From: Octopus vulgaris
Taxonomy: Eukaryota
Direction: 5' to 3'
DNA length: 64,000 nucleotides
NCBI GenBank assembly: GCA_951406725.2
Contig: OX597833.1
Location: forward strand, 37,448,001 to 37,512,000
Under the pieces are notes generated by a model that was given only the letters and a program-made list of their open reading frames with translations, had not been told where the DNA came from and made no database searches. The position numbers were made by a program, and so were the translations under genes. This document shows, in pieces, positions 12,564-25,709 of the stretch. Every line of letters begins with the position of its first letter. The first letter of the stretch is position 1.

Positions 12564-15320
12564 GGTTATTTTTATTTACTCATCATCTGTTATTAAAGTT
12601 TACTTTAAATATTTTCCAAACTTGGAGCAATATCATTATGTATATTTAAAAACTGTTTGGTGTTGTTATTTGTCTAAGTTAGGGGGACAACTTAGGATCT
12701 CAGAACGAAATCTGTTTGTTCTGTATGTTCTGTTATTCATTTGTCACCAATTCGTTTAACACGATGGAATCTTTTAAATCAAACACCTGTATCTGATCGT
12801 TGTTGTTTTCCATAATTGGAGAACACCTCCTCCTTTTAGAGTCTAAAATTTAGATGATGAGTGATAACACGTGATTCACCAGTGTAAGGGAACTTTGATA
12901 AAAAACAGTGTTTTGAGCTCGTGAATTATCTGTTTGGTAGGCATTGGTATGCATCAACAAATAATTTGTTCATTGATTCTTGTAAACAAGAGTTTGTACT
13001 CTTCTTATATTTGCCACTGGATGTTTGTCTTCGCTCGAATTGAACTGGTCAATGAAGATATATTTCCTTGGCTGCATTTATAATAACTGATGCAAACTTG
13101 CAAACATTTAACTGTAATGTTTATTGCTGGACATAAAGATATTTGGTGTTGGCAAATTACAATGAACAATATTAATAACTGCTGACTGGGAGAGAGAGAG
13201 AAAAGCCATGCTACATCCATAGAAGTTGCTTATGAGACATAGTGTAAATGTTCCGAAAGGGTCTATCTGAGAATCTGGAGTTGTCTGTGTAACCGTCTGC
13301 ATGGCAAGGCTTTAGGCACGTGAAGTAGTCAGCCACCTTCAACACTGCCATTAATTGAGCACCAAGAACTTTTTATTGGAGATGAGAGGTTTTATTTGAG
13401 AACAATTGAGAAAACTATATTATGCCACAGTCTCACACTGATTGATCAATTTAGAGACCGATCACGTGAAACTATGGTGGTTCACTCGTGGTGTCTGACT
13501 TAGTGTCTAGCGGTTTCGAATCACCAATACAAATAGCTTCATCACAGTTCTTTACGTAAAAGCATAAAGAATGAAATAATAAAATAAAGAATTTACATAG
13601 AAATACAACGTGCCAACATAAATCCAAAAAGAACAACAAAAAGAAAACATGCATTGAATTCAGAATAAATACTGAAAGAATGTCTAAATAACAATAAGTT
13701 CGTAAAATATACAAATTTCTGTATTTCTTTTACATTTTTTTCTTTGGAAATATAAAAAAGAAAAAATTTTCTTGGTGTAGAAAAATGTTAAAAATGCTTT
13801 GCATTCTCGATATGCACACAGGCTGAAAAACATTGATGTGAGAAAGGATATATATCCACAGCAAACTGTGAAATGCAATCAAGGTATTGGGTGTCTTTTA
13901 AGGAGTATTTTTATCTGTGTTGGATAATATTGCATAAGTTTATGGTGTATGCTCATTATAACTGGTGAAAGTTCCTACTTCCAAGAAATGGTGTAAATGC
14001 TTGACTGACAAATAAGCTGCTGTTTTCCCATGTTTGAGTAACCAATTTGAAAGAATATAGTTGAATGAAATGATTGAATGATTTCTTAAAGTCCTTCAGC
14101 CATGAGAATCTGAGTGCACAGAATTGAGGTCATTGACATTGCACGAGTCTGTCTGTCTGAATTTTGTCTTCAGTTGTCTCATAAAAAAATCGCTTAGTTC
14201 AGAGGAAATAGAAGAGGAAATATCCATAATACCTTGTGAAGTTGCCATATTTAGATACAAGTAACTTGGAATTACTCATATGAAGAGGATATGAAAAGAT
14301 TAAATGCTGATTATTAGTGCAAACTCAAGAGGTTTCTGGATAAAATTCACTCCGGAAGCATTCATTCAAAGGAAGACAGAACTTTTCTCGGAGTTGAAAG
14401 TTGGTTTTGACGGTTATTTCACACAGATGAAAAATACGGTTAAGCCGTTAATAGTCACGCTAACAACTTTATAACTTCATAAAAGGTAGGGGTTGCAGTG
14501 GTAAAAGTAATGAGCTGCGGCATCTTTCCCTCCTAGTTTTTTCACCTCCTGTCATTTTCATGAGACTGATAAGTCAAGTGGATTTTGATGGCTTTTTCCT
14601 GAGTCAAACCTCACCTAATGTCGAGAAGATGAATATTGGTAGTCACCATTTTTGGTGATTCTTACTGGCCTTTTCTTGAGTTGAGGGTCACCAATATCAA
14701 TGGTTGTTTGCTTGGCGTAAGTGGAGGTACGAGCCAGCCAGCTGCCTTTAACACTCTGTAATAATTAAAGTGCCAAAAATGTTTTTTATAGAAGACGAGA
14801 AGCTTATTCTAGAATAATCAAGAAAACCATATCACACCACAGTTTCAGGTTGATTGGTCGTTTTATAGACCGATCATGTGAAACTATGGTGGTTCGCTCA
14901 TGGTGTCTGACCGAATATCCATCGATTAGATTTCGGATCACCACTACCGGTCTAGCGAGGTAGGTTTGACTGAGAAAACACAATGAGGTTGAATCACCTC
15001 ATTGTGTCTCAGTGTACCCTTACAATATCTCAAAGTACCCTTAAACCAGTGAATCACTTGTTATAAACATATCATCTAAAGAGAAGAGGTGTCCTAAAAT
15101 GACGTAAAATAACAAGTCAGATATTCATGTTCGAATCTGCCAGAACATATTAAGAATGAACCGATACAATATTGTTTGGATTCTTGCACCCCATGTGAGC
15201 ACCCTATGAATTAGTATTCTTTTACTGGTTTCACTGGTTTCAGTCATCACTGTCTCTGCTTGTCTGACTCTCTGTCTGTCTGTCTATCTATCAGTCTATC
15301 TGTCTGTCTGTCTCTGTCTG

Positions 15321-15380
<60 letters not shown>

Positions 15381-16019
15381 CTCTGCAATCCTCTGCAGTG
15401 TATTTCCTGTACATCTTGATTTATAACATTGATTTCTTGTGAAGCTGCATAGAGTCTTCCATTTCTCTTAACACCAACGCAAATGCACCAAAACAACTAT
15501 TGGCTAAAATATGGGTTAAAACAACTGATAAGAATCGTCACCGCCAAATATGGAAACTGATATGCTGTGGCCCTTTTCTTGTTACAGAATTGAGAGGGTT
15601 TTGAATGCTAAGTACTACAACACTTTCAAGGATCTAATCAGCCATATCGATGATGTGCTTAATTCTAAGTCCAGCAATTATTTTAAGGAACATTTTTTTC
15701 TCTAAGTTACAGTGTGTAAATATAAACATATTATGCACACACGCACGCACACACACATACTTACATACATATATACACGCATGCATGCATACACATACAC
15801 ATACATACATACATACATACATTCATATACACACATATGCGTGTGCACGCACACACAGGTTCACACACACGCACATATAAATGCATGACCACACATAATA
15901 CTGTTGACTTCTACAGAGTTTACAGTAACCAATTTCATTGATCAACTCAAGGTTATAAAAGAAAGATGTACCCAAGGTACCAAGCAGTAGCAATGAAATG
16001 AAAGACGTGTAAATTGTAA

Positions 16020-16238
16020 CCCTTTCGTTACCGTATTTATTTTGAGATGCTCTGTGTTTCTTTTAATTACTTTAAATATAACAAAAAATTTAGTAAAATA
16101 ACTTAGTTATCATTAAGCTAGTATTAGGAACAAATTGTGACTAAGGTTTGGTGGAAGATTTTAATTCAGAACTTTTAAAAACAAGACATTTGTATTACAA
16201 AGCCAGAGGCGGTTTCAGCTGGGTTGGTAATGAAAGGG
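16020..16238. mobile_element. piggyBac-like MITE
   Basis: TIR CCCTTTCGTTACC / GGTAATGAAAGGG flanked by GTAA / TTAA. Confidence 0.75.
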
Positions 16239-16258
16239 TTAAGCATTTCAATTTTTAA

Positions 16259-16299
<41 letters not shown>

Positions 16300-16648
16300 G
16301 TTAAAAAGCAAACCGCAAGGTTTTTGCCTGGTAAAAATCCCTTTGAGACATAGTGTGCCAAAGAAACACAATATACTGCAGAGCTAGATGAAACTAATCA
16401 CACTAGAAGTGACCACATGAGCAACAGGCACATATTTTGCTGCTCTTGTGGTTCTTAATGTCACATATTTATGTCACTTCCAAAATGAAATCAAATTACT
16501 ATCTCCGTATATTTTAGACTAGCTGATTTGATTTCGTTTGGGAAATGACACGGAAGTCACACCAACAATGATTTCGGTTTGCTTATTCCTGAGATATATC
16601 GTGTCTTTTAACATAATAAAGGGATCTTTCCTATATATACATATACCA

Positions 16649-17047
16649 AGGAGTGGCTGTGTGGTAAGTAGCTTGCTAACCAACCACATGGTTCCGGGTT
16701 CAGTCCCACTGCCTGGCATCTTGGGCAAGTGTCTTCTGCTATAGCCCCAGGTCGACCAATGCCTTGTGAGTGGATTTGGTAGACGGAAACTGAAAGAAGC
16801 CTGTCGTATATATGTATATATATATATGTGTGTGTGTGTGTGTTTGTGTTTGTCCCCCTAGCATTGCTTGACAACCGATGCTGGTGTGTTTACATCCACG
16901 TCACTTAGCGGTTCGGCAAAAGAGACCGATAGAATAAGTACTGGGCTTACAAAGAATAAGTCCCGGGGTTGTTTTGCTCGACTAAAGGCGGTGCTCCAGC
17001 ATGGCCACAGTCAAATGACTGAAACAAGTAAAAAGAGAAAAGAGAGA
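16649..17047 (+). mobile_element. SINE family A
   Basis: Full body with A/B boxes and tail. Confidence 0.92.
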
Positions 17048-17049
17048 TA

Positions 17050-17568
17050 CCGTAAATCCTCAAGTATAATCCGCACTTTTTCCCCAACATTTAAAGGTCA
17101 AAATCCCTAGTGCGTATTATATACAAGGTTAAAAATGAAAATTATTTTCTAAGCAATGTCCGAGTCTCTATTTGCTGTCCGGCAATGTTTATTCAGACGC
17201 ATTTTGTGATGTCAGGCGTGAAAATACCTTAAGCTAAGCCTGAAAGCAATGAAGTCATAAAAGAATCATCTGTAACTTGCTGTAAGCAACATTTATCAAA
17301 CGTTATTACTCTTATTACTGTTATTTCTTTATTTTCTGCAAACAAAATGCACAAAAAAGCTACATGTTTGCATTGTTATATATACAAAAATAATAAAGGA
17401 CGTTACCGTATACATTTTTACAAACCAAGGATGTTATATGGACCTCCTTGACTCAAGTTAGAGAAAGGGTGTGTATTATACACAAGGTTTAGGTTTTTCA
17501 GAGGTACAACCCGCTAAAAATCCCCTGCGTATTATACTCAAGGGCAAACTATACTCGAGGATTTATGG
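17050..17568. mobile_element. Tc2/pogo-like non-autonomous DNA transposon
   Basis: TA|CCGTAAATCCTCAAGTATA ... TATACTCGAGGATTTATGG|TA; internal GCGTATTATA subterminal repeats. Confidence 0.85.
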
Positions 17569-18264
17569 TATATGATATACTTTCCTGTCGAAGATGACGT
17601 GTGAGCGTTCAGCTTCTGCTGAGCGACCTACACAAATGATTAGTATATAGTGATCAAATGTTCATGCCACACATTAGCTCACTCTCTCCATCAAATCAGC
17701 ATTGTCTGAACAGGTGCACTGTGTGTCATGCGTCAGGTGTCGAAGGGATCACAGAGCAACGTGAGATGAAGTGTTTTGCTCAAGAAAGCAACGCAGCACC
17801 CAGTCTAGCAATTGAAATGACGATCACTAGATCGGGAGTGTAACACCTTAACCACTAGGCTATTGCATCCTCATATATTGTTACCACCATCTTTATCTTC
17901 TTTTCAGGTACTCCGACTAACCCCCATGCAATGTAGTTAGTCATGTATCTCCTGTATAGCAAGAGACACCTGTCCTTGTCCTGCTATTATATTTCAACCT
18001 CTCAACATCTGGTATACGGTCACTTCCCTCTCTATTACAAGCCCACTCACTGAAAGGTTTTTTTTATTTGTTTTGCATGTCATATGGCAGCTTCACTTGT
18101 GTCAGTGTCACAATAAAAGTATGCAGTATACTCTGTGGAGTGGTTGGTGTTCGGAAAGGCAACCAACCATAGAGACTATGCCAAAGCAGACATCATGACT
18201 TGATGCAATCCTCCAGCTCATTAGAATACCAGCATGAAGTACGGATTTTAAATGATGATCTCGA

Positions 18265-18303
<39 letters not shown>

Positions 18304-18581
18304 TGTTGTCTGATATTGGCACCAGTGAAGTTCCCTAGTAGCTTGCAAGACAAGGAAAGAGAAGAAGCCTCCTTAATGGGCTTGTAGTAGAGAGCAAGGT
18401 GTCTTTATGGCAGATGTTGAGAGCCTAAAGTATGATAGAGGGCCAGGCACAGAAGAAATTCATGACTACCTGGCTTTGCATAAAGTTCAGTGAGAGTAGG
18501 TGGAATGAAGGATGGTGGTGACGAGGTATCAGAGCATACTCTGAAAGTACAAGGCAGTGAGTTTAACAGTTAACTTTATGT

Positions 18582-18613
<32 letters not shown>

Positions 18614-18675
18614 TGCACACACACACACAAGCACACACATTCACACACACATTAATTAATATATATACATATACA

Positions 18676-19304
18676 TATTCCTGTCGAATTTTATCCGTTA
18701 TTTTTGTGGTTTATAGAACCTAGCTGTTCTCTCTAATGTGTTGAATCTCACACTAAGTGGATTCCTTATGTGTATAAATATGCACTATATCGTATAACTA
18801 ATATATAGTCTTCTTGACTAATTTTTTTTGCACGTTAGACCACTGGATATGTAAATTTTGATTGAATATTTTAAATTTATTTAAATTTCATTTCTCTTTG
18901 ATATGATTAAACATTATAACTTTTTGGATAATTTTCGGTTAAAGTTGGCGTTTTTTTATTGTAGCCAATGATAGGACTGCGATTGTGCAGAAAAATTTGA
19001 AAAGTTACTTTGTATAAACACGAGACAAGTAGCGGTGCTTGTCTTCTGTCTTATATGTTTAACCCTAGGTTGGACCTCGCCGAAGAAGATCAGACCTTGC
19101 GAGTTCCCCCGACTTGCTAAAAGAAGATCAGGAACCAATTTGGTCCGAGGTACTAGATGGTAAATGTTTTTCATTTCCAAATTTATTCCTGTCGAATTTT
19201 ATCCGTTATTTTTGTGGTTTTTAGAACCTAGCTGTTCTCTCTAATGTGTTGAATCTCACACTAAGTGGATTCCTTATGTGTATAAATATGCACTATATCG
19301 TATA
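18676..19304 (+). mobile_element. Candidate non-autonomous HHR retroelement: 508-bp unit with 121-bp direct terminal repeats (18676-18796, 19184-19304)
   Basis: Repeats differ at one base by eye; HHR-like fold at 19065-19156; flanked by TA/CA-rich simple sequence; no coding capacity. Confidence 0.7.
19065..19156 (+). ncRNA. Type I hammerhead-like motif with variant core
   Basis: CTAG..ACCTCG-CCGAAGA-AGATC-[GCGAGT..ACTTGC hairpin]-GATCA-GGAA-CCA-ATT-TGG-TC-CGAGGT.CTAG; predicted GUC cleavage after 19145. Confidence 0.65.
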
Positions 19305-19319
19305 CATATACATATAAAT

Positions 19320-21010
19320 ATGCGTCTATCCTTTAAGTTTGTTTACAGGATGGGCTTGAGGCTTTCCCTGTCTTCATATCCTTCGTCTATTCGGATTGCT
19401 GGTTCTTCTGTTGGATCAACATTAGGCAGACTCTCTTTCTCCCATGAGTTCTCTACATATAGTAGCCTTTCATAATTGCATTTCTGAGCCTCTTTCTTTG
19501 CAGAGTCACTAACTGCAAGTGAACCATCATCCATGCAAACACACTTCTCTCCCACATCACAATTTTTCTTGGCAAACCAAAACACTTCAACATTGGCAAA
19601 CTTCTTCTTTTCTGCTTCACCTCTGGCTAAGTATTACCTAGTGGAGGCACATGGCCTAGTGGTTAGAGTAGTGAACTCGTGGTCGAGGGATCATGGGTTC
19701 AAATCTCAGACCGGGTGGTGTGTGTGTTTATGAGTGAAACACCTAAGCTCCACACAACTCCAGCAGAAGGTAATGGCGAACTTCTGCTGACTCTTTCGCC
19801 ACAACTTTTTCCCACTCTTTCCTCCTGCATCTTGCAGCTTACCTATGACAGACCGGCGTCCTGTCCAGGTGGGAAACCTATACGCCAAGGAAACCAGGAA
19901 ACCAGCCCTTATGAGCCGGGCATGGCTTGAGAAGGAACAAACAAATATTACCTGCTTCTTAGCTTCCATTCTAGCTGCCTGATACAGCTACTTCCAGTTC
20001 TTTCAAGTCTGTTTCTTTGCTCTAATGGCCTGTCAACTACATTGTTCCACTACCATGTCACCTTAGGTCTGGTTGGGACTTTGTACAATCCACAAATTTG
20101 GTCTGTGGCCCTCAGTAAATTGTCTCTTAGGAACTTCCAGTTATTCTCTATATTGCAACTCTGTGACCCCTTCTTCTCATCAAATGCTTCAGTTAGGAGT
20201 CCCTAAACCTCTGACTTTTCAAAGGATCCTTAAGCTTTCAGATAATTTTTTTCCAAACTGGCTTGCTTCTTGGAATCATTTGTGCCTGCAGTTTGAAGTC
20301 ACTAATAAGTAACCTATGCTGGGGGTACAATCTTCACCAGAGAAAGACTTCGCATTCAAGAGCAACCATGAATCCCTTTTTCTGGTGAGAATGTAGTCGA
20401 TCTGGTTAGTAGGGTCACCAGATTTATAGGTTATCAGGAGACTGGCTGGTTTATTGAAGCTGGTGTTGCATATCATTAGGTAATATCACAGAACTCCAGC
20501 AACCTTGTTCCCTCCTCATTTTGAGAGACAATTCCATGGCCACCATGTATCCCCAGGAAGACACCTGAGTGCTGCCCAACATGCCCATTGACATCACCAT
20601 CCATGAAGATGAGGTCACTGTCACTTGTCTTCAATGTAGCTTGCAAAAGTGTCGTAAAAACAGTCCTTTCGTTAATTTGGCAAGCCTGGTTGTGGGGCTG
20701 AGGCAGAGATGATTGTTGCTGTGTTATTCTGCAAAATCGTCTGGGCGTAAGGTCACATACTCTGACTACCTCAATCCCCATACTTAACTATTTCTCTGCT
20801 AGAAGTATATCAACACCTCCCACCCTGTTACAGTTGCCCTCCCAAAAGAGCGTATAACTATGCCTTTTGCTTGGCTGAAGCTCCCCTCCAACGAACTTCT
20901 TGGATGCAGCACACATCAACATGTCTCCTTCCAAGCATCTCAACAATCTCACCGGACCTACCTTTCAATGTGACTACTTTGACAATACCAACTCTGAGGG
21001 AATGTAAAGG
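19320..21010 (-). pseudogene. RTE-clade LINE, AP-endonuclease region (decayed)
   Basis: LRVGIVKVVTLKGRSGEIVEMLGRRHVDVCCIQEVRWRG; FMDGDVNGHVG; NEEGTRLLEFC; ICNTSFNK...ITYKSG..NQIDYIL. Confidence 0.9.
19640..19945 (+). mobile_element. tRNA(Arg-like)-derived SINE family D with 8-bp TSD
   Basis: TGGCCTAGTGG A-box, GGTTCAAATC B-box; TSD TATTACCT at 19632-19639 and 19946-19953; related head at 39803. Confidence 0.85.
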
Positions 21011-21679
21011 GAGGCAAGAGGTAACATGGAGAGGGGGAACTGCGAATTTTGGCATCTGAAAAGAAGATTGTGATGAGCATTGGCCAACAGACATGTAATA
21101 GCAGTTGTCCTTGCATTATTCCACCTTCAATTATGCTATCCTTGCCACTTCCTCTGGATGTGGGTGTTATACTAGCATTAGTATAAGCAATGTTAGTACA
21201 AGTAGAAATGAAGACATACACAGATTAAGACATATACAGGTTAGTTATTGTCACTGCATTGGTGAAAGGTGCGATATATATTAGTGTTAGTACAAAGTGA
21301 TGTTAGAACAAATACAGGTAAGTAAGTTACATAAATAGATAGGATAGGGGTTGTTAATTTGTTATATGTATGCAATAAGAATAATTGATGCATAGTCACA
21401 CCTGTATTGCTGCAATGTGAATGGAAGAGACAGGATTGGGGTAAAGGAGAGTGTTTGTATTTCTGCAGAATAGATACAATTAACGGAAGTATCTGTGAGG
21501 CGTTCGCGGTACCAATGAGAGCATTCTGGTATTGGTGTTGCGGCCAGGTAAGTGTGAGTGCAAAACTGATAAGGAAACATCAGGAAATAAGAGCATAGTA
21601 GATGGTAGCCATAACACGACACTTGAGTAGGCAAGCTTTAATAGATGAGAAAATGGAATTATGGCAGTAGAAGTGGAGA

Positions 21680-21838
21680 TACTGGTGTGTTTTCATCCCC
21701 GTAACTTAGTGGTTCGGCAAAACGAGACCAATACAATAAGTACTAGGCTTACAAAGAATAAGTTCTGGGGTCGATTTCCTTGATCAAAGGCGGTGCTCTA
21801 GCATGGCTGCAGTAAAATGACTGAAACAAGTAAAAGAA
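21680..21838 (+). mobile_element. SINE family A, 3' half
   Basis: Matches the 3' portion of the other copies. Confidence 0.85.
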
Positions 21839-21952
21839 GCACCAACAGGGTATTTTTGTATGTATGTATGCATATTTGCAGATTTGTATGTTTTGTTTTA
21901 TGTATGTATTTTCATGCATATAGTTGCATGTCTAGACATGCTCATATATATA

Positions 21953-22157
21953 TTTAAATGATAAACTTCTGGAAAGTTTTACAGACTTTTACAGTTCCAG
22001 TGATGGTTTAAATCTGTAGTCTTCAAATCAGCTTTCTCCTTTTTGGTTTTGAGAAGCCTAATTTCTCAAGACTGGTATTTAGGCAGTGTGTTAGATATCC
22101 CTGAGCCCCAATAATTACAGGTATAACCCTGAACTTGTAATCTGGATAGAGCAGCTG
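21953..22157 (-). pseudogene. 3' fragment of an RLE-type (R4/NeSL-like) non-LTR retrotransposon
   Basis: QLLYPDYKFRVIPVIIGAQG...LEKLG...GTVKVCKTF resembles the conserved PIIIGALG C-terminus of restriction-like-endonuclease LINEs. Confidence 0.65.
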
Positions 22158-23502
22158 TATGTATGTATGTATGTATGTATGTATGTATGTATGTATGTAT
22201 GTATGCATGCATGCATGAATGAATGCATTTTTACCTCAAGCCATGCATGAATGCATTTTTACCTCATGCATGCATGAATGCATTTTTACCTCAAGCCATT
22301 TTTGCTAAAATGGTTTCTGCTTGTAGGATTATGTCAATACTAGAATAAGTGTATACTTATTTTTTGTCCATTAAATGATAAAAATTTTAATAATGTATGT
22401 ATTTGAGCTAAATTTGTACCAGTGCAGGTTTGTTGAATGTATAAAAAGCCAACTAGCTTAAAGCAGGAGAAAGAAGGAGAAGAGAAGAATGAAAAGAGAA
22501 AGAAAAAGGTATGGAATCTTCAAAGACATGTGGAATGAGATTTCCCTTACTTGAGAAATAGGTAAAGGTCATTGGTAGGAGGGGCATCTAATTGAAAGCA
22601 ATGCCTCAATAACATATTCATCTAACCCATGCTAACATAGAAGAACAGGCATAAAACAAACAAATGTGTGTGTGTGTAAGTGTAATATAAGAGAGAAAGA
22701 AAAATGATGCCTAGAATAACTTTAGGAGAAATATCAAAGAAAATTTGAAACATTTGTGAAGATTACCAATCTTTGATCTGACCAATTGATTTGCTGGTCA
22801 TAATTCAGGAATCAGATTGATTTTATTGATTACATCACTTGTTTCTTCATACTTTTCTAGTGTGACCTATTTCTGATAGAAATAGTCTCATTTGTAGCAT
22901 CCTAGGCAACAAGCATTCTTTTCTATTTTTTTTTTTTAGAATATTTTTCCAGTATGAGGAAACAGGGCAATGTTTGTGGGCTCTAGCGGGAGTGTGTAGT
23001 TATGACAGTTGATGTTTAGTTAGAATTTCTGTAGGTTGTGGATCAATCAAATTTACAAGCAAAAGAGTTCCAGCTATGACTCTCATATCCTTTTATATTT
23101 CGGGGTATGTAGTGTCTAATAAATCCTTCTTTATTTCAAACAGCGGATTGCGATTTGAAGGAAAATTAGCTGTCGTTTCTTGCAAGTCAAACAACTGCAA
23201 TGAAATTCCAGAAAAGAAGGTGGCATTACAGGGGTTTATTATTCTAGACTAGAAGAACTGGTAGACCATTAAGTCTCAGTCACTGAACCTACAAAGGGTT
23301 AAAGTTGTGTTGCCGAACTGGAGTAATATGCATAAACTGAAGTAATGTAGGCTAAATGAGGTAATGTATTATAAACTGAGGTAATGCAGATGAACTGAGA
23401 CAAGGCTACAGTATCCTAGTGTCACTTCAGACTCTTCCTGTCTGATGATGTAGGGCTTTACTCTAAAAATATTCACAATATCATATAAATTATATTCATC
23501 CA

Positions 23503-23901
23503 GGCGCAGGAGTGGCTGTGTGGTAAGTAGCTTGCTAACCAACCACATGGTTCCGGGTTCAGTCCCACTGCGTGGCATCTTGGGCAAGTGTCTTCTGCTA
23601 TAGTCTCAGGCCGACCAAAGCCTTGTGAGTGGATTTGGTAGACGGAAACTGAAAGAAGCCTGTCGTATATATGTATATATATATATGTATGTGTGTGTAT
23701 ATGTTTGTGTGTCTGTGTTTGTCCCTCTAGCATTGCTTGACAACCGATGCTGATGTGTCACTTAGTGGTTTGGCAAAAGAGACTGACAGAATAAGTACTG
23801 GGCTTACAAAGAATAAGTCCCAGGGTCGATTTGCTCGACTAAAGGTGGTGCTCCAGCATGGCCGCAGTCAAATGACTGAAACAAGTAAAAGAGTAAAAGA
23901 G
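23503..23901 (+). mobile_element. SINE family A inserted into the end of a hAT element (TSD ATCCA)
   Basis: Full copy; ATCCA at 23498-23502 and 23902-23906. Confidence 0.9.
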
Positions 23902-23904
23902 ATC

Positions 23905-24600
23905 CAAGACTGGATTAACCATTAGGCAGAATAAGTACATGCTTAGGGCATCAAAGGAAGTGGGAACACCACAGAAATACTAAATGGTTTACAACACAAA
24001 AGAAATAACTTTAAACTTGCTAAAATAATATTTGGGATACCTTATCTCTACTCAGTACAGAAGCAGATATGTAAGATAAATTTTGAGGAAGGGGGACACC
24101 AGAGAAATGGTAACTGGTTTACAGCACAAAAGAAATTACTTTAAACTTGCTAAAATAAAATTTGAAGTGGTTTATATGATCAGAAATCTAATTTTGAAGT
24201 GTTCATGGTGTCATAGTGGGGATCTGATCAAAAGACTTTGCAATTTAAAATAAATAGGAGAAAACTTTTCAAAGTGAAGTATACAAAAATAAATACTTTC
24301 CACCTTTCTGTTAGTCTTGTTTCATTTTTTTGAGAAAAAAAAAATTATTTTATGGTTTTGTATTGTATATATTTTGAATTACATATATGTCTTGCAAACA
24401 ACTTGCACATGCAAGTGCTACCAGTCAAAAACTGCGTATACTGGAAGCTAGCAAGTGTATGGGGTCATCAGGATAGAATGCACACCGTTTCGGGGCCTAC
24501 CACTCAATGGCATCAATGCGCATTGGCCCCCTCACTGATATATATATATATATATGTATGTATTGTATATATATTATATGTATATGTATATATATATATG

Positions 24601-24635
<35 letters not shown>

Positions 24636-24672
24636 TGTATATATATTATATGTATATGTATATATATATATG

Positions 24673-24713
<41 letters not shown>

Positions 24714-24751
24714 CTCGTATATTGTATATATATTATATGTATATGTATATA

Positions 24752-24799
<48 letters not shown>

Positions 24800-25139
24800 A
24801 ACCCCACCACAACTTCTTTTTCCTTTTTCTCATTGGAAAATGAGGTGAAAAAGGTAGCAGTATAACAATAGTAGTCATTCATAGATCCTCTTCAATCAAG
24901 AAGGGTCATATCCTAACACTAAGAGTTAGGAAGTGGAGTACAATACTATTAGTATGTTTATTAATCCTATGAACACTACATAACTTAATAACTGCACTTT
25001 TAAAATTTATAAGTTTAAATTATTTAAATAATTTTTTGAATTTTAACTTTTATATTTTTAAATGTATTTTATGTATTGGCTTATGTTTTTCACTGTTTGA
25101 TTTGCCTAATAGTGGTTTTATCTCTAATTTAATATAATA

Positions 25140-25204
<65 letters not shown>

Positions 25205-25611
25205 TCATCATCATCATCATCATTTAGCGTCCGTTTTCCATGCTAGCATGGGTTGGACGGTTCAACTGGGGTCTGTGAAGCTGGAAGGCTTCATCAGGCC
25301 CAATCAGATCTGGCAGTGTTTCTACGGCTGGATGCCCTTCCTAACGCCAACCACTCCGTGAGTGTAGTGGGTGCTTTTTATGTGCCACCCGCTCAGGTGC
25401 CAGACAGAGCTGGCAAACGGCCACGAACGGATGGTGCTTTTACGTGTCACCGGCACGGGGGCCAGGCGAGGCTGGCAACGGACATGAACGGATGGTGTTT
25501 TTACGTGCCACCAACACGGGGGCCAGACTGAGCTGGCAAACGGCCACGAAATTGATGGTGCTTTTACGTGTCACCGGCACGGGGGCCAGGCGAGGCTGGC
25601 AACGGACACGA

Positions 25612-25642
<31 letters not shown>

Positions 25643-25709
25643 CATATATATATGGGGACACCAAAATCTTTTAAATGCTTAGGTCTCTATTGGTCTTAAT
25701 CTGGCCCTG
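23905..25709. mobile_element. Non-autonomous hAT-like element
   Basis: Ends CAAGACTGGATTAA / TTAATCTGGCCCTG; 8-bp TSD TATTCATC at 23493-23500 (displaced by the SINE) and 25710-25717; internal ~73-bp direct repeat 23962-24034/24092-24164. Confidence 0.75.

Noticed and set aside
16649-16720. tRNA-like heads (also at 19640 and 39803)
   Set aside because: A/B boxes continue into SINE bodies and there is no complete cloverleaf; not tRNA genes.
24352-24878. ORFs rich in YI/IY, CV, HT, MYVC repeats (also at 70, 26236, 30086, 38305, 39495, 54969, 59464 etc.)
   Set aside because: Translations of (TA)n, (CA)n and (TATG)n microsatellites, which lack stop codons; not genes.
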